Part shown: in pieces, positions 36,216 through 48,770 of the stretch | Layout of the letters: each line of letters opens with the position of its first letter | Position numbering within the stretch: the first letter of the stretch is position 1 | Source: Eledone cirrhosa | Lineage: Eukaryota | Assembly: GCA_964016885.1 (NCBI GenBank) | Contig: CAXHJY010000970.1 | Location: 16,610 to 80,609 of the forward strand | Direction of reading: 5' to 3' | DNA length: 64,000 bases | The notes under the pieces: generated by a model | The model's input: only the letters and a program-made list of their open reading frames with translations | Told to the model about the DNA's origin: nothing | The model's database searches: none | Position numbers and translations under genes: made by a program

Positions 36216-37145
36216 GTTCAGCCTATAGAAAATAAATTCCTGCAAATCAACCATATAGGATCTGAACCCAGAATAATCTGGTTCCATTATTGGAATTATT
36301 GATTCTAGACTTATATGTTATGAGGTTTTCTATTCCTGAAATTTTTATATTGAAAAAGAATCCTACATAATCAAGTGTTTGAGTGCACTATCCTAAATAT
36401 ATGGGCTAAAGTTGCATTTGTAAAGATTTAGCAACTGTTCCTGGCTGAAATGTGTATGCGTATGCATATATATATATATATGTATATTGACAGTCGATCG
36501 ACTTTCGTTAAATCAGACCGAGGAAACTGTTTCTATTGGTCTTTCCAATTGCTAAATATATATATATATATATAGGGCCGGCCCGCCTAGAACCAACCTT
36601 AACCACTGGCCCCTCATACCATAAAAACTTTGGAGTTGTTTGAGGTTGTTTTTTTTTAAATATTTTTTACCATCAGACGAGCTCGGGCCAAGAGATTGGG
36701 TAGGAATAGCACTACCTAGGACGTCGATCCCAGCGAAATATATATAGATATAGAAATAAACTTACACACAACTGCATATCGCCTTTGCTGTATTTAATGT
36801 TCTATACACGTGTGTGTGTGTGTGTGTGTTATCCTGAAGAGGAAACTCCACTTTTTCTAAATGCAGTACTAGTTATTAGATAGTCTGATCATAAGTGCAG
36901 ACATGGCTGTCATTAAAGAGTTGAGTTTAATGGAGATTTGGCTGCTATTTCTAGTAGGTCACGTGACCATGTAGAGGTTCTCTCATTGGCTTGTTTGTCT
37001 AAGTGTGTAGGTGCATATAGGGAAACCCTGTGAAGGGGAAGCAAGGGAGAACTGGTGTTGTATATGCATGGATGTCAGTTGTTGGTGTCAGTGATCAATG
37101 CTGTTAACTTTGTTGTTACCATATTTCTAATGAAATATGCTGCCT

Positions 37146-37548
37146 GTGTGACACCTTGGGCACATGTTGACCAATTCTTTGCAAGTGGGATTTGGTAGGT
37201 TTTTGTGTTACATTTACTGTTTGTTTATGTCTTGTCACTTAACAGTTTGACGAAAAGAGATTGATAAAATAGGTTCCAGGCTTGAAAAAAAGAATACTGG
37301 GGTTGATATGACTAAATTTCTTCAATAAGGTCTCTGCATGGCCAGTCTAATGACTGAAACCAGTAAAGGATTCTCCAAGTTTATTTTTAGGCATATAAGG
37401 GCATTGGATGGGCAGTATTACCTTTCATCTTCCTGGGAGTTGATAATAAAAAAAGCACCAGTCAAGTACTGGGGTTGATATAATTGACTTTCAGTCCTTT
37501 ACCCCAAATTACTGGCCTTGTGGTAATTTAAAAAAAGAATTATTGAAG
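37146..37548 (+). mobile_element. SINE cluster bracketed by a ~60-bp direct repeat
   Basis: Contains SINE body and tail motifs (GCATGGCC..TGACTGAAAC, CCTTTCATC..GATAA..GTACTGGGG). The flanks 37086-37144 and 37549-37610 are direct repeats. Confidence 0.6.
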
Positions 37549-40500
37549 GTGTCTGTGATCAATACTGTTAAAACCGTTTTGTTACCATATTTCTAATGAA
37601 ATATGCTGCCCATGTGTTTTAATTCATTTTGAAAATAACCAAATACTTGGAGTTTGGTAAAATATTTTTTTCATTAGTAAACTGATATTTAGAAAATTGC
37701 TTAAGAAACATTTCTAAAATAAAATTATATGAGGATAAGTATCATATTTGACAGCTTATATGATGCACTTTTTTCTTCAAAATGTCTCAGAAATTTCTCC
37801 TGCATTTTATAAGGTCATGGGTCACTTTGGGTTACTGGCTAGTGGAGTTCTAGTGCTGCAGTAGCCCTTGAATTAAATTTTCACACTTCCATATCTTTTA
37901 AAAATTTACTAAAATATTACTATTAGAATTACGATGTAGAATGATAAAAAAAAATACGATATACAAACTTTATACCCGTCACATAACATTTATAGCTTAA
38001 ACCCATTTATTTGGTTTTTTTTTTAAATACCTGCATAAATTGAGGTGCATCTTATAAGCCGTCAAATATGGTATTTTAAAATGAGAATTTTTGTATCATA
38101 AATCCAGGGGAGTTTCAGGCAATTTGTTATTAAAAATATTAAGGGGGGGGAAAAAAAGAATGACTGAGTCACTCCATAATTTATAGAATATGGTTTTGTG
38201 AAAACTTTATTAACATATGGTGTAATGAAGTAACCTGTAGAACATTTTTCAATGTTGGTGATTAGTGTTGGGTGGAAGTTATAGGTAGGAGTGTTACCTA
38301 AATATCTGCATGTCAGGCATGGTTTACAATTTCACAGCTACAACTTCACATTAGCTAAAATTACTTAATAGCAAGTCACTACTGATGTGTTAAATAGGGT
38401 ACCTTTACAGAATTTGTATTGCTAAGGAGGAAAACACTGACTGTCAAAGTTGTGTTAATAGTTTATCATTTATGATCTGTGTCACTTTAGAAATGGTGGA
38501 TGTTAGAGTATTTATTCAACTGTTATTTGAAGGGGTTTAGAAGTTGCCTCTTCTGGAAATGGAACCCTCAATTGTCTGATTCCTTATTTAGGGAAAAGAT
38601 AAAAAAGGATGTAGTTTTATCGAGAACACAATGTTTCAGGTGATGTCGCGAGTATCATCAAGGTGTGTCATATTCACCTTTAGCCATCAATTCTTTCACT
38701 TGGTGATTTCAGTCTTGTTTATTTGAATAAAAAATATTTACAACCCATAATTTTTATTCATGATGAATAAACAAAAAAAAAATGTTTTTTCCGGATTGGC
38801 ATTAAAATATATTTCAGATACTTGTCTGGCAGGTGACTAGATCTGAAACCGTGTGTTAAAACTAAAACAGCTACTGTGTTGAAGTGTCATTTTAGCCATT
38901 TAGAAACACACAAAATTGTTATATCATTTATTTTTCGGTGTCAAAATTTTTGTTGCACTGTCTGCGACCTGGTCACTGGCAGTCTCATAAGAATGTCAAA
39001 CAGAATGCCTTGAGACTTTGCTCTAATTTTTGGCACTGATTTCAAATTCCACCAGGTAAACTTTGCTTTCATTCTTCGAGAGCTATTGAATAAAATATCA
39101 GTCAAGTATTAGGGTCAGTTGTTCTTTCTCAGCTGTTTTCATTCTCTGGAATATAGCAAATGTTGAAACAGGGAATAAAAAATTGCTGTGTTACTAGAAT
39201 TACCCAAAGATGGACTGATGAACAGAAATAATGAAGAAGAAAGTATTTATATTAAATCTGTTTAACATCTATTTTTTTTATGCTTGCATTGGTTAGACAG
39301 GTTGTCACACTCTGTGGCTAAACTGGTCAGATGATTATATCTTGCTCATATATTCTGTTTTTGGTTTGGTTTCTATGGATAGATGCCCTTCCTAATGCCA
39401 ACCACTTTACAGTGTCTACTAGGAGCATTTTATCATTACTGCAGGGTGGAATGGGTGTTTTTTTTTGTCATGTCATCAGCACTAACACAACAAAAAGCAC
39501 CCAGTTCATCCTGTATGGTGTTGGAGTCATCTAGAATACCTTGCATGCATGCACAGTCGCGTTACTCCTGAGGGAGTCATAGGGGCGTCGTATTGACATG
39601 TGGTATTTTTAGGGCATTTAAAAAAAACCTGGTGGAGCCCATCTCCTTTCCAGGTCTGAACACACCAGATTTCTTCCAGAGAGAGGAAAATCAACCCCAG
39701 TACTTGACTGGTACTTTTTCATCCACCCAGAATGAATGAAAGGCAAAGTGACCTCATAGAATACCGTGATAGCTTATCAATTAATGATATAAACATACAG
39801 TAAATTTTGCCTTTGTAATAACTATATGCTGTTATACTTTTGATATTGGTGTGCTACCTGATTATGATGGCAATTACAAAAATTTAAGCTTCTTATTATT
39901 TCTCATAAAACTCATTTAGTCTCAAAAATGTATTTCATAACTAGATTCATAATTATTGATTGTGGGATTGATTAATTGAATTCTTTCTATCAAATTACCT
40001 GACAGTGTTGTTGCAATGGAAAGTTACATTAAATATCATCGGCAGCTCATTTTATGTTATAATTGCTTTCCTTTCATTTCAATATTCATGCACTTCTCAA
40101 ATAAATTTGAAAATACTGTATCTGTTCATTATCTGAATCTTGAGAGCATGTTAACACTTATTTTAAATATCATTAGCATTTGATGTTAGCCAAAAAGAAA
40201 TAAACCCAATTAATTCATTTTACACTTTATACTTTAAGTTTCTGGATCTACTTAAAATGCATGTATATGTAGATCCTGATGGATCCTGAAGGTATTTCAA
40301 ATTTGTCAGAGACCATCATCTCTCCAGGTTTAAACACTGGCAATTCTTCCAGAGAACTGTGTGTATGCAGCTTAGAATAAGTACCCTGTATCCGGCTTGT
40401 CACAAAAAGTAACTAACAGGGTTAGTGTTAGAAAGGGCATCCAGCTGTAAAACATTGCACAGAAAAATCAACATAAAAATGATGGTCAAGATGATAATAG

Positions 40501-41619
40501 GGAAGGGGAAAAAGATATAGAGGAAGAATTGACCACTACTGGACTGGTATTTTTTTAATTGACCTCGGATTGATGAAAGGCAAAGTTGACCTTGGCAGAT
40601 TTTGAGCACAGAGCTAGAATCAGTACTGCAAAGCATTCTAACGCTCTAATGACTTTGTCAATATGTTGTCTGCTTTAAAATAGACAAGCATATATTTATA
40701 TATATGTATATATCTATTTGCGTGTATAACTTTTTTTTTTATGTAATTAGGTTGTTGGGATATAAAAATAGTTGAAACTTTTAGTAACATAATTCAATTT
40801 CATTTTGAAATTGACAAATTTCTCATAATGGAGTGAATTTTAAGTATTTTTAATTGTAATGAAGAGATTTCATTAGTACCTTACTCTGCAATTGAATTCA
40901 TTTTGCTGCTCATATCCATGTTGCTTATTCAAATTGGCATTAGGAAAAGCATCTAACCATTGAAACCAAATGAAAACCAGTCCTGTATGAGCAAGACACA
41001 GTCATCTGATCTGGCTTGTTTCGTAATGGGACAGCTTTTCTAACCCATGCTAGCGTGAAGAAATGGACATTAAATGATAATGATGATGGTGTATCATCAT
41101 GCTTATATTTGGCTTGAAATTTATTGATATCGATTTCCATTTCTGAATATAGCTTGAAATTCTAAAATATACATCTTCACAAAGATAGAGATAATTGCAA
41201 TCTTGAACTGCTTTGAAATGACTTCCACTGAATATGCTGACTGGATGCATTGCCTAAATTGTGATAGAATCAGTAGAGCTTCAGACAAAATAGCTACATT
41301 GAAGTATTTAGTTACATCCTATTATTTCTAACTTCATATCCCATCTGTGTCCACTCAGCCATTCCGTCTTCTTGGTTGGGTTTAATTGACTACCTTCTTC
41401 AGAATTTGTGTCCTTGCACCACTACTAGAAATCATTCTTTCTAATTCCAATTGATTTATTTAGCTTCCAGCAACCGACTGACAGTTTAGTATTCATCATA
41501 TTCATATTCCTGCTCAATTTCTTTCATTCAACTACTGGATTTCTAGCAACTTCAGTTTTTATTGATTTTACAATTACCAACACACAGGAATCTCTAAGTG
41601 CATTTATCAGAGCAGAATG

Positions 41620-41840
41620 TTAACCCTTTTGATAGCAACCCATCTGAAACCACCCCTGGTTCTAACAAAACAAAAAGAACAACATTATTTTGGTACTTAT
41701 AGTCATCTAAAATTCTCCTATCATAATTCTATGTAAGAACATTTATTATTGAGTTATGCTCCAAGCAACACCTTAATAGTGTCAAAGTATGTCATATTAT
41801 TAACTCTTTCAAAATTATAGGCAGGGCCTTTTATTATAAA
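41620..41840 (+). mobile_element. piggyBac-like (TTAA-CCC) MITE, one of several copies
   Basis: TTAACCCTTTTGATAGCAACCCATCTGAAACCACCCCTGGTTCT. Related or inverted ends occur at ~27175-27430, 27815, 47050, 48170 and 51961. Confidence 0.55.
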
Positions 41841-43062
41841 TATGGTAATAAAATATTGCTAGTTCCAATTCTACAAACATGTTCATACTTTAACTTGTTA
41901 GTCTTCATAAGCCCCATTATTTTCTTTTACTTTCAAGCTTCATCAAACTTTGTCAAAGGCTTGCTATAGGGCTTTTGAGTCAAACTATAATTATATGACA
42001 CTTTTACTTCTAGGAAAATTACATCTGTTTTTATTCATTAACCTTGTTAAATAAAAAGGGCTCTGTGTGCCAGCCATCTTAGTTCAGTCTTATTTTAATC
42101 CTGTTAAGATAGAGCCTCTATACTGCCAATAAATGTTACATGTCTATTGGTTTTAGTTTAACATCTTGTACCATATGAAACTGCATTTGCAAGACATTCT
42201 CAAAAGGCGTAAAGCAGCACTATGGCTTGCTTCATATTAAACATTTTACAATGATTTATCCACTAATAAATTCATTACAAACATTTGAATTAATCTGCCT
42301 GTTTAGATATTTTCTGCAAAATGATTTCAGGATGTTAAGAGTTAAGCTATTAGTTGATTATTTTTACTTATGAAAAAGAAATGTTGAGATGTAAATGATT
42401 ATAGATAATCTTTACTGATGATTGTTAGCTGTGCAACTAACTTTACTCCTATTAAATTTGAAGCTTAAGAATTCATTGAATTCTTTAATTTAAGATATTT
42501 TCATTCACAAGCTATATTATAACTAGCTATACTGACACCACATCTGTGAGTATATGAAAAAAAGCAAAAAAAGAAAAGAAATAAAAAGTTTGTAAATTAC
42601 TTGACCTATTAATATAGTGTCCAAATCTTTTTTTCTCAAACAAATAGCTACTATCTCAAGTGTTGAAACAATGAGTTACATACAATTCTAAGATTCCCTG
42701 AGGTCAACTGGCCAACTCATTAATTGACACAAGTGAATAGTAAGATTTAATCACAATTAGCTTGCTGAATTTCATACTGAGACTATATCTAACAGTCTTC
42801 TTGTTTATTTTCATGGCTTAATTCTTACCAAAGCCATGTAAAAAATGTAAATTATATTAGGTACTGGTGCCATAACAAAAAGCATTCAATCCTCTTTGTA
42901 AAAAGGTTGTCATTAGGAAAGGCATTCAGCTGTAGAAAACCAAGCCAAAAGCAGAACGTGGTCACCTCGTCTATCTGGCTTCATAATATGACAGCCCATT
43001 TAACCTATGTAAGAATGGGAAATAGATGTTAAAGAGTGATGGTGGTGATAGGTATGTTGTTA

Positions 43063-43640
43063 GGTCATCATCATCGTTTTTATGTCCGCTTTGCCATGCT
43101 TGCATGGGTTGGATGGGTCCTTCTCAGCATGGCATCTCCACACGCTGTGATCCTTTGTAATCGCCTCTGTAAGTCTCAGTGATTTGAGGTCAGCTCTCAC
43201 AACCTTTGCCCAGGTCTTTCTTGGTTTACCTCTACAGTGACTTCTTTCTACAGGCATTTCCTGGCACTTCTTCACCCAACGATCATTGTCCATGTGCATC
43301 ACATGTCCAAACCAATGCAGTATTCTTTCCCGCACACCAGCTCGAATTCTTCTCAAACCCAGATTCTCCTTCAACTCGTCCAAGCTCTGCCTTTCTCTCA
43401 CACTTACGTTGCACATCCAATGGAGTATGGTTGCTTCATTTCTTTACAGTCTATGCACATCCTCCACAGTCATAGACCATGTTTTTCACTACAATGCAGC
43501 ATTGCACTTCGCACACAGGTGTCATATAGTTGTCTTTTTGTATGTAGGGAGAAACCTTTTGTGGTTAACAGTGAGAGTAGCTCTCTGAACGTTTCCATCC
43601 TATACTTATTCTAGCTATTATGCTCTCAGAGCACCCATGC
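43063..43640 (-). mobile_element. RTE LINE 3' fragment with (CAT)n tail
   Basis: The minus strand encodes RERILHWFGHVMHMDNDRWVKKCQEMPVE..GKPRKTW. Same family as 23174-23766. The 3' end is CCCATGCAAGCATGGCAAAGCGGACATAAAAACGATGATGATG. Confidence 0.88.
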
Positions 43641-44525
43641 TAGCGTGGAAGATAGACGTTAAATGATGATGATGATGATGATTGCCTAGATAGAAGCTAT
43701 CAACCACTTCTCTGGGTCCTTCCTGTGACTGGAATAGGCTTACATCACTGATCACTGTTTATTTTCCTCCAATTACCCCTTGCATCCTCCAGAAAGTCTT
43801 CCCTTCTTGTTAGCTTACTTGTTATCCCACTACATCTCTTGTGTACTGAAGATTTACATTGTCTACATCATAGTGTTGGTGATCTACATAATAAACGCAT
43901 CCAGTACACACTGTAAAGTGGTTGGTGATAGGAAGAGCATGCAGCTGTAGAAAGCTTGCCAAACAAAGGGTTGGGAAGACCCTTCAATTGCGTCAAAGAC
44001 AACAACCTCTTCTGTGTATACAGTAGAATGTGAGACTACATAAGCAAAATGCAATCCCCTGGTCTGTATGGGAGGTCAGTAGTCCCGCTTCAGTATTGAC
44101 ATGGTCTATGTAGTCCCATTCAACCCCTGCTGGCAGGGAAAGCAGACATTAAAACAATGATGATATTAAGTTATTGTGTTTCTTTACCATATTACATAAC
44201 AAATCCAGAAGGGAAAAAAATCATCTTTTTAAATGGGATTATCATAAAGACAATCTGAAATTTCCATTGATAGGAAAATTTTAAGTTGTCATCAATAGTT
44301 CTAGTTTTGAAAATGGTTTTTATTAAGAACTACTCCATACTTTATTTTCATGAAGAATTTTCACTCCCCCAGTAACATAGACATTAAAGAAAATTATTCA
44401 ATCAAAATTATTTGGCTTGTATGCATTTTATAATCCATGTCCATTTTTTTTCTTTTGATTGGGAGAGGGGATCTCTCTTTATTTCATTTTCATCAGAAAT
44501 TATCCTTTTCAACATTTCAGCATTA

Positions 44526-44631
44526 TCACCGAGGTCAACTTTGCCTTTCCTCCTTACGGGGTCGATAAAATAAAGTACCAGTAATGTACTGGGTAATTGC
44601 TGGCCCTGTGCCAAAGGTAGAAATAATTATT
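44526..44631 (+). mobile_element. Young SINE subfamily, 5'-truncated
   Basis: GAGGTCAACTTTGCCTTTCCTCCTTACGGGGTCGATAAAATAAAGTACCAGTAATGTACTGGGTAATTGCTGGCC. Confidence 0.8.
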
Positions 44632-46102
44632 AGCCTGTCAAATTGATTTTTTTTTATTTATTTATTTATTTATTTTTATTTTTTTTAAATCTAAGTAATC
44701 TGTTGTTTTCTCTCTTGTGTCCTAAGCCTCTTCTGATTTTTAAGCTTATTAGTAAAAATTATGCAAATTATTGACCTAAATATATTATAGCTATGATTGT
44801 TGAACTGTTTCCTCTTTCTCAAGGTAACAACATTCTCAATGATAGACAATATTTTCAGTTTCTACCCCATGTTCCTACAGTATAGAACAAAATAAGTTTT
44901 TATTTAAAATTAAAGTTTGATATTTGAATGAAAATGTTTAGTGTATATGTTTAAGACAAGTTTCAATTAAATCTCCATTGATATATTTTTCTTTTTTGCC
45001 CACTTATTCCTAGGAGGGTCGTTGGGACAGAGTCCTCAAACACTCTTTACAGCCGGTCCTGTCAGAAACAACCACCTCCAATTGATCCGGCTGGATCCCC
45101 ATTCTCTTTTAAATTATTTTGAAATATTTTTCAAACTAAGGCCCCTATACAACCATATGTGAAAAGAGAAACAGAATTTCTATTTTCCTAGTCTTGTTAG
45201 ATTTAAGCATTCATTAATATTGAAATATCTATTTTAGTCACTATTAGCGTCAGCTTAGCACTATCATTGTCAACACCACCACCATCATTATTGCCACCTC
45301 TACCATTAATGTTATCGCAATCACCACCACCATCATGTGCTTGCACTAGTGTCTGTGGAATCAGCATTCTCTACCTTCTTCTGGTCTTAGTCATCTCATC
45401 AAGTTATCTTATCTCACCTCATTTCATGTTTACCTTGGCTTCTAAATTCGTTTGCATCTAAAAGCAACCTGCAGAATTTTTTTCTTTTTCTTTTTAAACA
45501 GAATAAACTCTTATTTCATCTAGTAAAAGGGAATGTTTCTTTTGCCTCTTTCTTCTTTCTTAAAAAGTTAAACAAATTTAAAGCATTACATGTTCTTTAT
45601 CTTGATATAGAGATAGCTAGAATATCTTCACTGCATGTATGTGTGGGTCTGTGTCTGACATTTTAAAGTAAATGTTTGCAACTAATAAATGTTACATGTT
45701 TAAGTACTCATAATATTTTCTAAATAGTTCTTTACTCTAATCTGATGTTATTATATGGTTATGCAGCTTTACTGTATTTTGTAAACTGTTCTTGGGGATT
45801 AATATTTATATTAAATATAATGAGGTTAGATCTATGAAGCTAATTTTCTAAAACTTAAAATGCACTAAGTCATATTAAATTCCATTATATTGTTTAACAA
45901 TATTGAGGAAAAATTGATATATTCTGTTTTAATTTTTAATTGATCATATTTAATCATTCACCAGCTGTGTGGATGTGTATTTTAATCTCATAATTTTAAA
46001 ATTATTTATAAAAAAGGCAAAAGCCAAAACATAGGAATTTATTTGTTCAGATGTTATTTAAAAAGGTTACTCTGGTGATGATGTAGATTCATTATCAATA
46101 AT

Positions 46103-46204
46103 TCCGCCAAGGTTAACTTTGCCTTTCATCCTTACGGGGTCGATAAAATAAAGTACCAGTAATACACTGGGTAATTGCTGGCCTTGTGCCGAAAGTAGAA
46201 ACAA
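46103..46204 (+). mobile_element. Young SINE subfamily with short TSD
   Basis: Same core sequence, with ATTATCAATA repeated on both sides. Confidence 0.8.
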
Positions 46205-48553
46205 TTATCAATATTAATTTAACTAAAGGCCTTGTACACGACTGTCAGAAATCAGTATTAGATGTTACTCTCAATTTATGAATATTAAGCTTTAGCCACC
46301 AACAAATTTAATATAAAATTTATGCCAGTTTCTCATTTCTCCTTTGCTTTCCAGTTTGCTGTAACTGATAAACCTTATTTTTGTTTTGATACCCACAAAA
46401 TAAAATAATGGAAAGTTAGTTGGTTTTTTTCTTTCAATAATTGAATGTTATAGGTGGTGAATTGGCAGAGTTGCTAGAATATCAGATAGAATGCTTTGCA
46501 GTATTTGTTTCAGCTCTGTAAGTTCAAATTCTGCCAAGGCCAACTTTGCTTCAATAAAAATAGTACCAGTCTAGTACTAGGAGTGATTCTTCCTCTATAT
46601 CTCTTTCTCACTACCATTCCCTCATTCTCTATCTTTCTCTGGAAGAAATCTGCTGTCTTCTGACCTGGAGCGGAAATGGGCTTCGCCAGGTTTAAAAAGT
46701 TTGCTAGAAATGCTATATGGCAATACAGCGCCCCTGTGACTTTCTCAGGAGTTTTGGGACCAAGAATGCAATTGAATGTTATATAGTTGAAGTGAGAAAG
46801 GCACTGAGATCTTTATAATGGAATAAGGCAGTGTACTTGTTGTATTTCTTTATCCCTTTTATTGGTATATTGTTAATGTAATACACAGCATTTGAATTAA
46901 CTAATGCAGAATTTTGGGATTTCTACTAAAACTATTAAGTATTTCATTACTTAGTGTTGATAATATAACTTAACAAAAGCTTCTTATATCAAATTATATT
47001 GGAAGATTTTAAAATGGGTGGTTTCATTTCATCAAAACCAGAAACAGTTTTGGGCAGGTTGGTATTTAAAGAGAGAAGGAACCTTGATTACTGATTACCT
47101 TTGAATAAATGAATGTTTCATCATAACAGCTATCATTGTAGAAATAGCCCCAATAGATGCTGTTTTTATTGTATTTAGGGGCATGCAGTTTAGTTTTATT
47201 GCAGAAAACAATTTCTGAAACATAGTTTCTTCATTTTAGAGAAAAAAAAATGTGTTTTGGTTTCAAAGTTAATTTAAAGAATGATGTGCTCATGCACGGA
47301 GATGCGATAAAATAGCTTATAAAATATGGTGAAGACCCTTAAATATGGAAAAAGAAGTTGACATCAGTGCTTATTTTAAACAATGTGTTGCCTGGTAATA
47401 ATTCTAAAGTTGAAAAATTTGGAACGTGATTATCAACTGGTGTTCTGTTTCTCTTGAGTCAAAAAGTTTTTATTAATGTTCAAGGTGTCAATATCTTTGT
47501 ACTATGTCTCAGGAAGTGAAGTGTTTTCACATATTGTATGGTTATTTTGCCAACACAGAAGTATATTTAATCTCAAGCTACTTATTATTATTCAGTTGAA
47601 CCACTTTAGAGCTCTACTTATAGCTAGGTTTTCAAGTTCAATTTATTTTCTTATTTTCATGATAATTAGCTCTTAATGCCTTGTACCACATGAAACCATA
47701 TTAGCAAGACATTTTTGAAAAGTATAAAACAACATTATGACTAGATCACTTTAAAAAATAAAGTCTTTACTCTAATTAGACACTGCATTTTTGAAAATGT
47801 TCTACTGTACTTTTTCTTGGAGAGCATCCAAAAAGAAACATTTTGATACCTCATTTGTGAAATTTGGATGAATGTTTTAGGAAATATGAGAATTTGAATG
47901 GTCAGCAAATTGGTCAAAATCTTGCCTAATTAGGCCTAAATGAATAATTAACTATATTTATGATGTCATATCTTTGAAACTGAGGTGATAATCATCTTCA
48001 TAGTATCAGCAGTGGAAACATTGTTTCTTTGGTTCAATTTGATGAGTTACTTTTCACTTGGTAAGTGAATGAGGTCTGGGATATTTTTGATTGATTTGCG
48101 GAACCCTTTAAAATTGGTGGTTTTGTTTCATAAAACCAGGGCAGTTTTGGGCAGGCTGCTATCAGAAGGGTTAATCCCTGAGTTTCAGAACTAAAAAGCC
48201 CTGATTCAGAGATCAAATTCCTTTCAGTTCAGTTTGGCTATTTGACTATGTAGTTTTTAGAAAAAAAACTATTGCAAGGTTAAAAATAAAGATGTTTCAT
48301 TTTCGTGTTGATATGCAATATCATCATTGTTGCTTTTCAAAACCATTTTTTCTTTCTATTTTTTTTTTCAAGGCAAGATAACATCTTTATCAATAATGGA
48401 AGAAATATATGTCATAACTTAGGTTTTTATGAGAAACAAATATACAATGATTGGTGTTTCGTGTATAGATAAAATTGTAGATCAGTTTATTCTTTATAAG
48501 AATATCAGGGGAAGGGGTGCTAGAGAGAAAGTTTGTATATCGTATACCATATT

Positions 48554-48770
48554 TTAACTTTTAACATCCTATAATGATTAAGTAGAAAATATCTATAAAA
48601 AAAAATAAAAGTTTTTTAATTCAAATATTTGTAGTATCTTTATTGGTGGACAGATTGTTGTAAACATTTGCAGAGTTGATAACAACTTGAATGTTTGAAT
48701 CTGTGCTGTTTTATACTTTAAAAAAATCTTGTTAATATAGTTTCATGTGGTACAGGATGTTAATAGTTAA
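48554..48770. mobile_element. MITE with TTAA target duplication
   Basis: TTAA-CTTTTAACATCCT ... AGGATGTTAATAG-TTAA. Confidence 0.75.

Noticed and set aside
36833-36850. CTGAAGA-GGAAAC hammerhead core
   Set aside because: There is no room for stem II and no convincing stem I.
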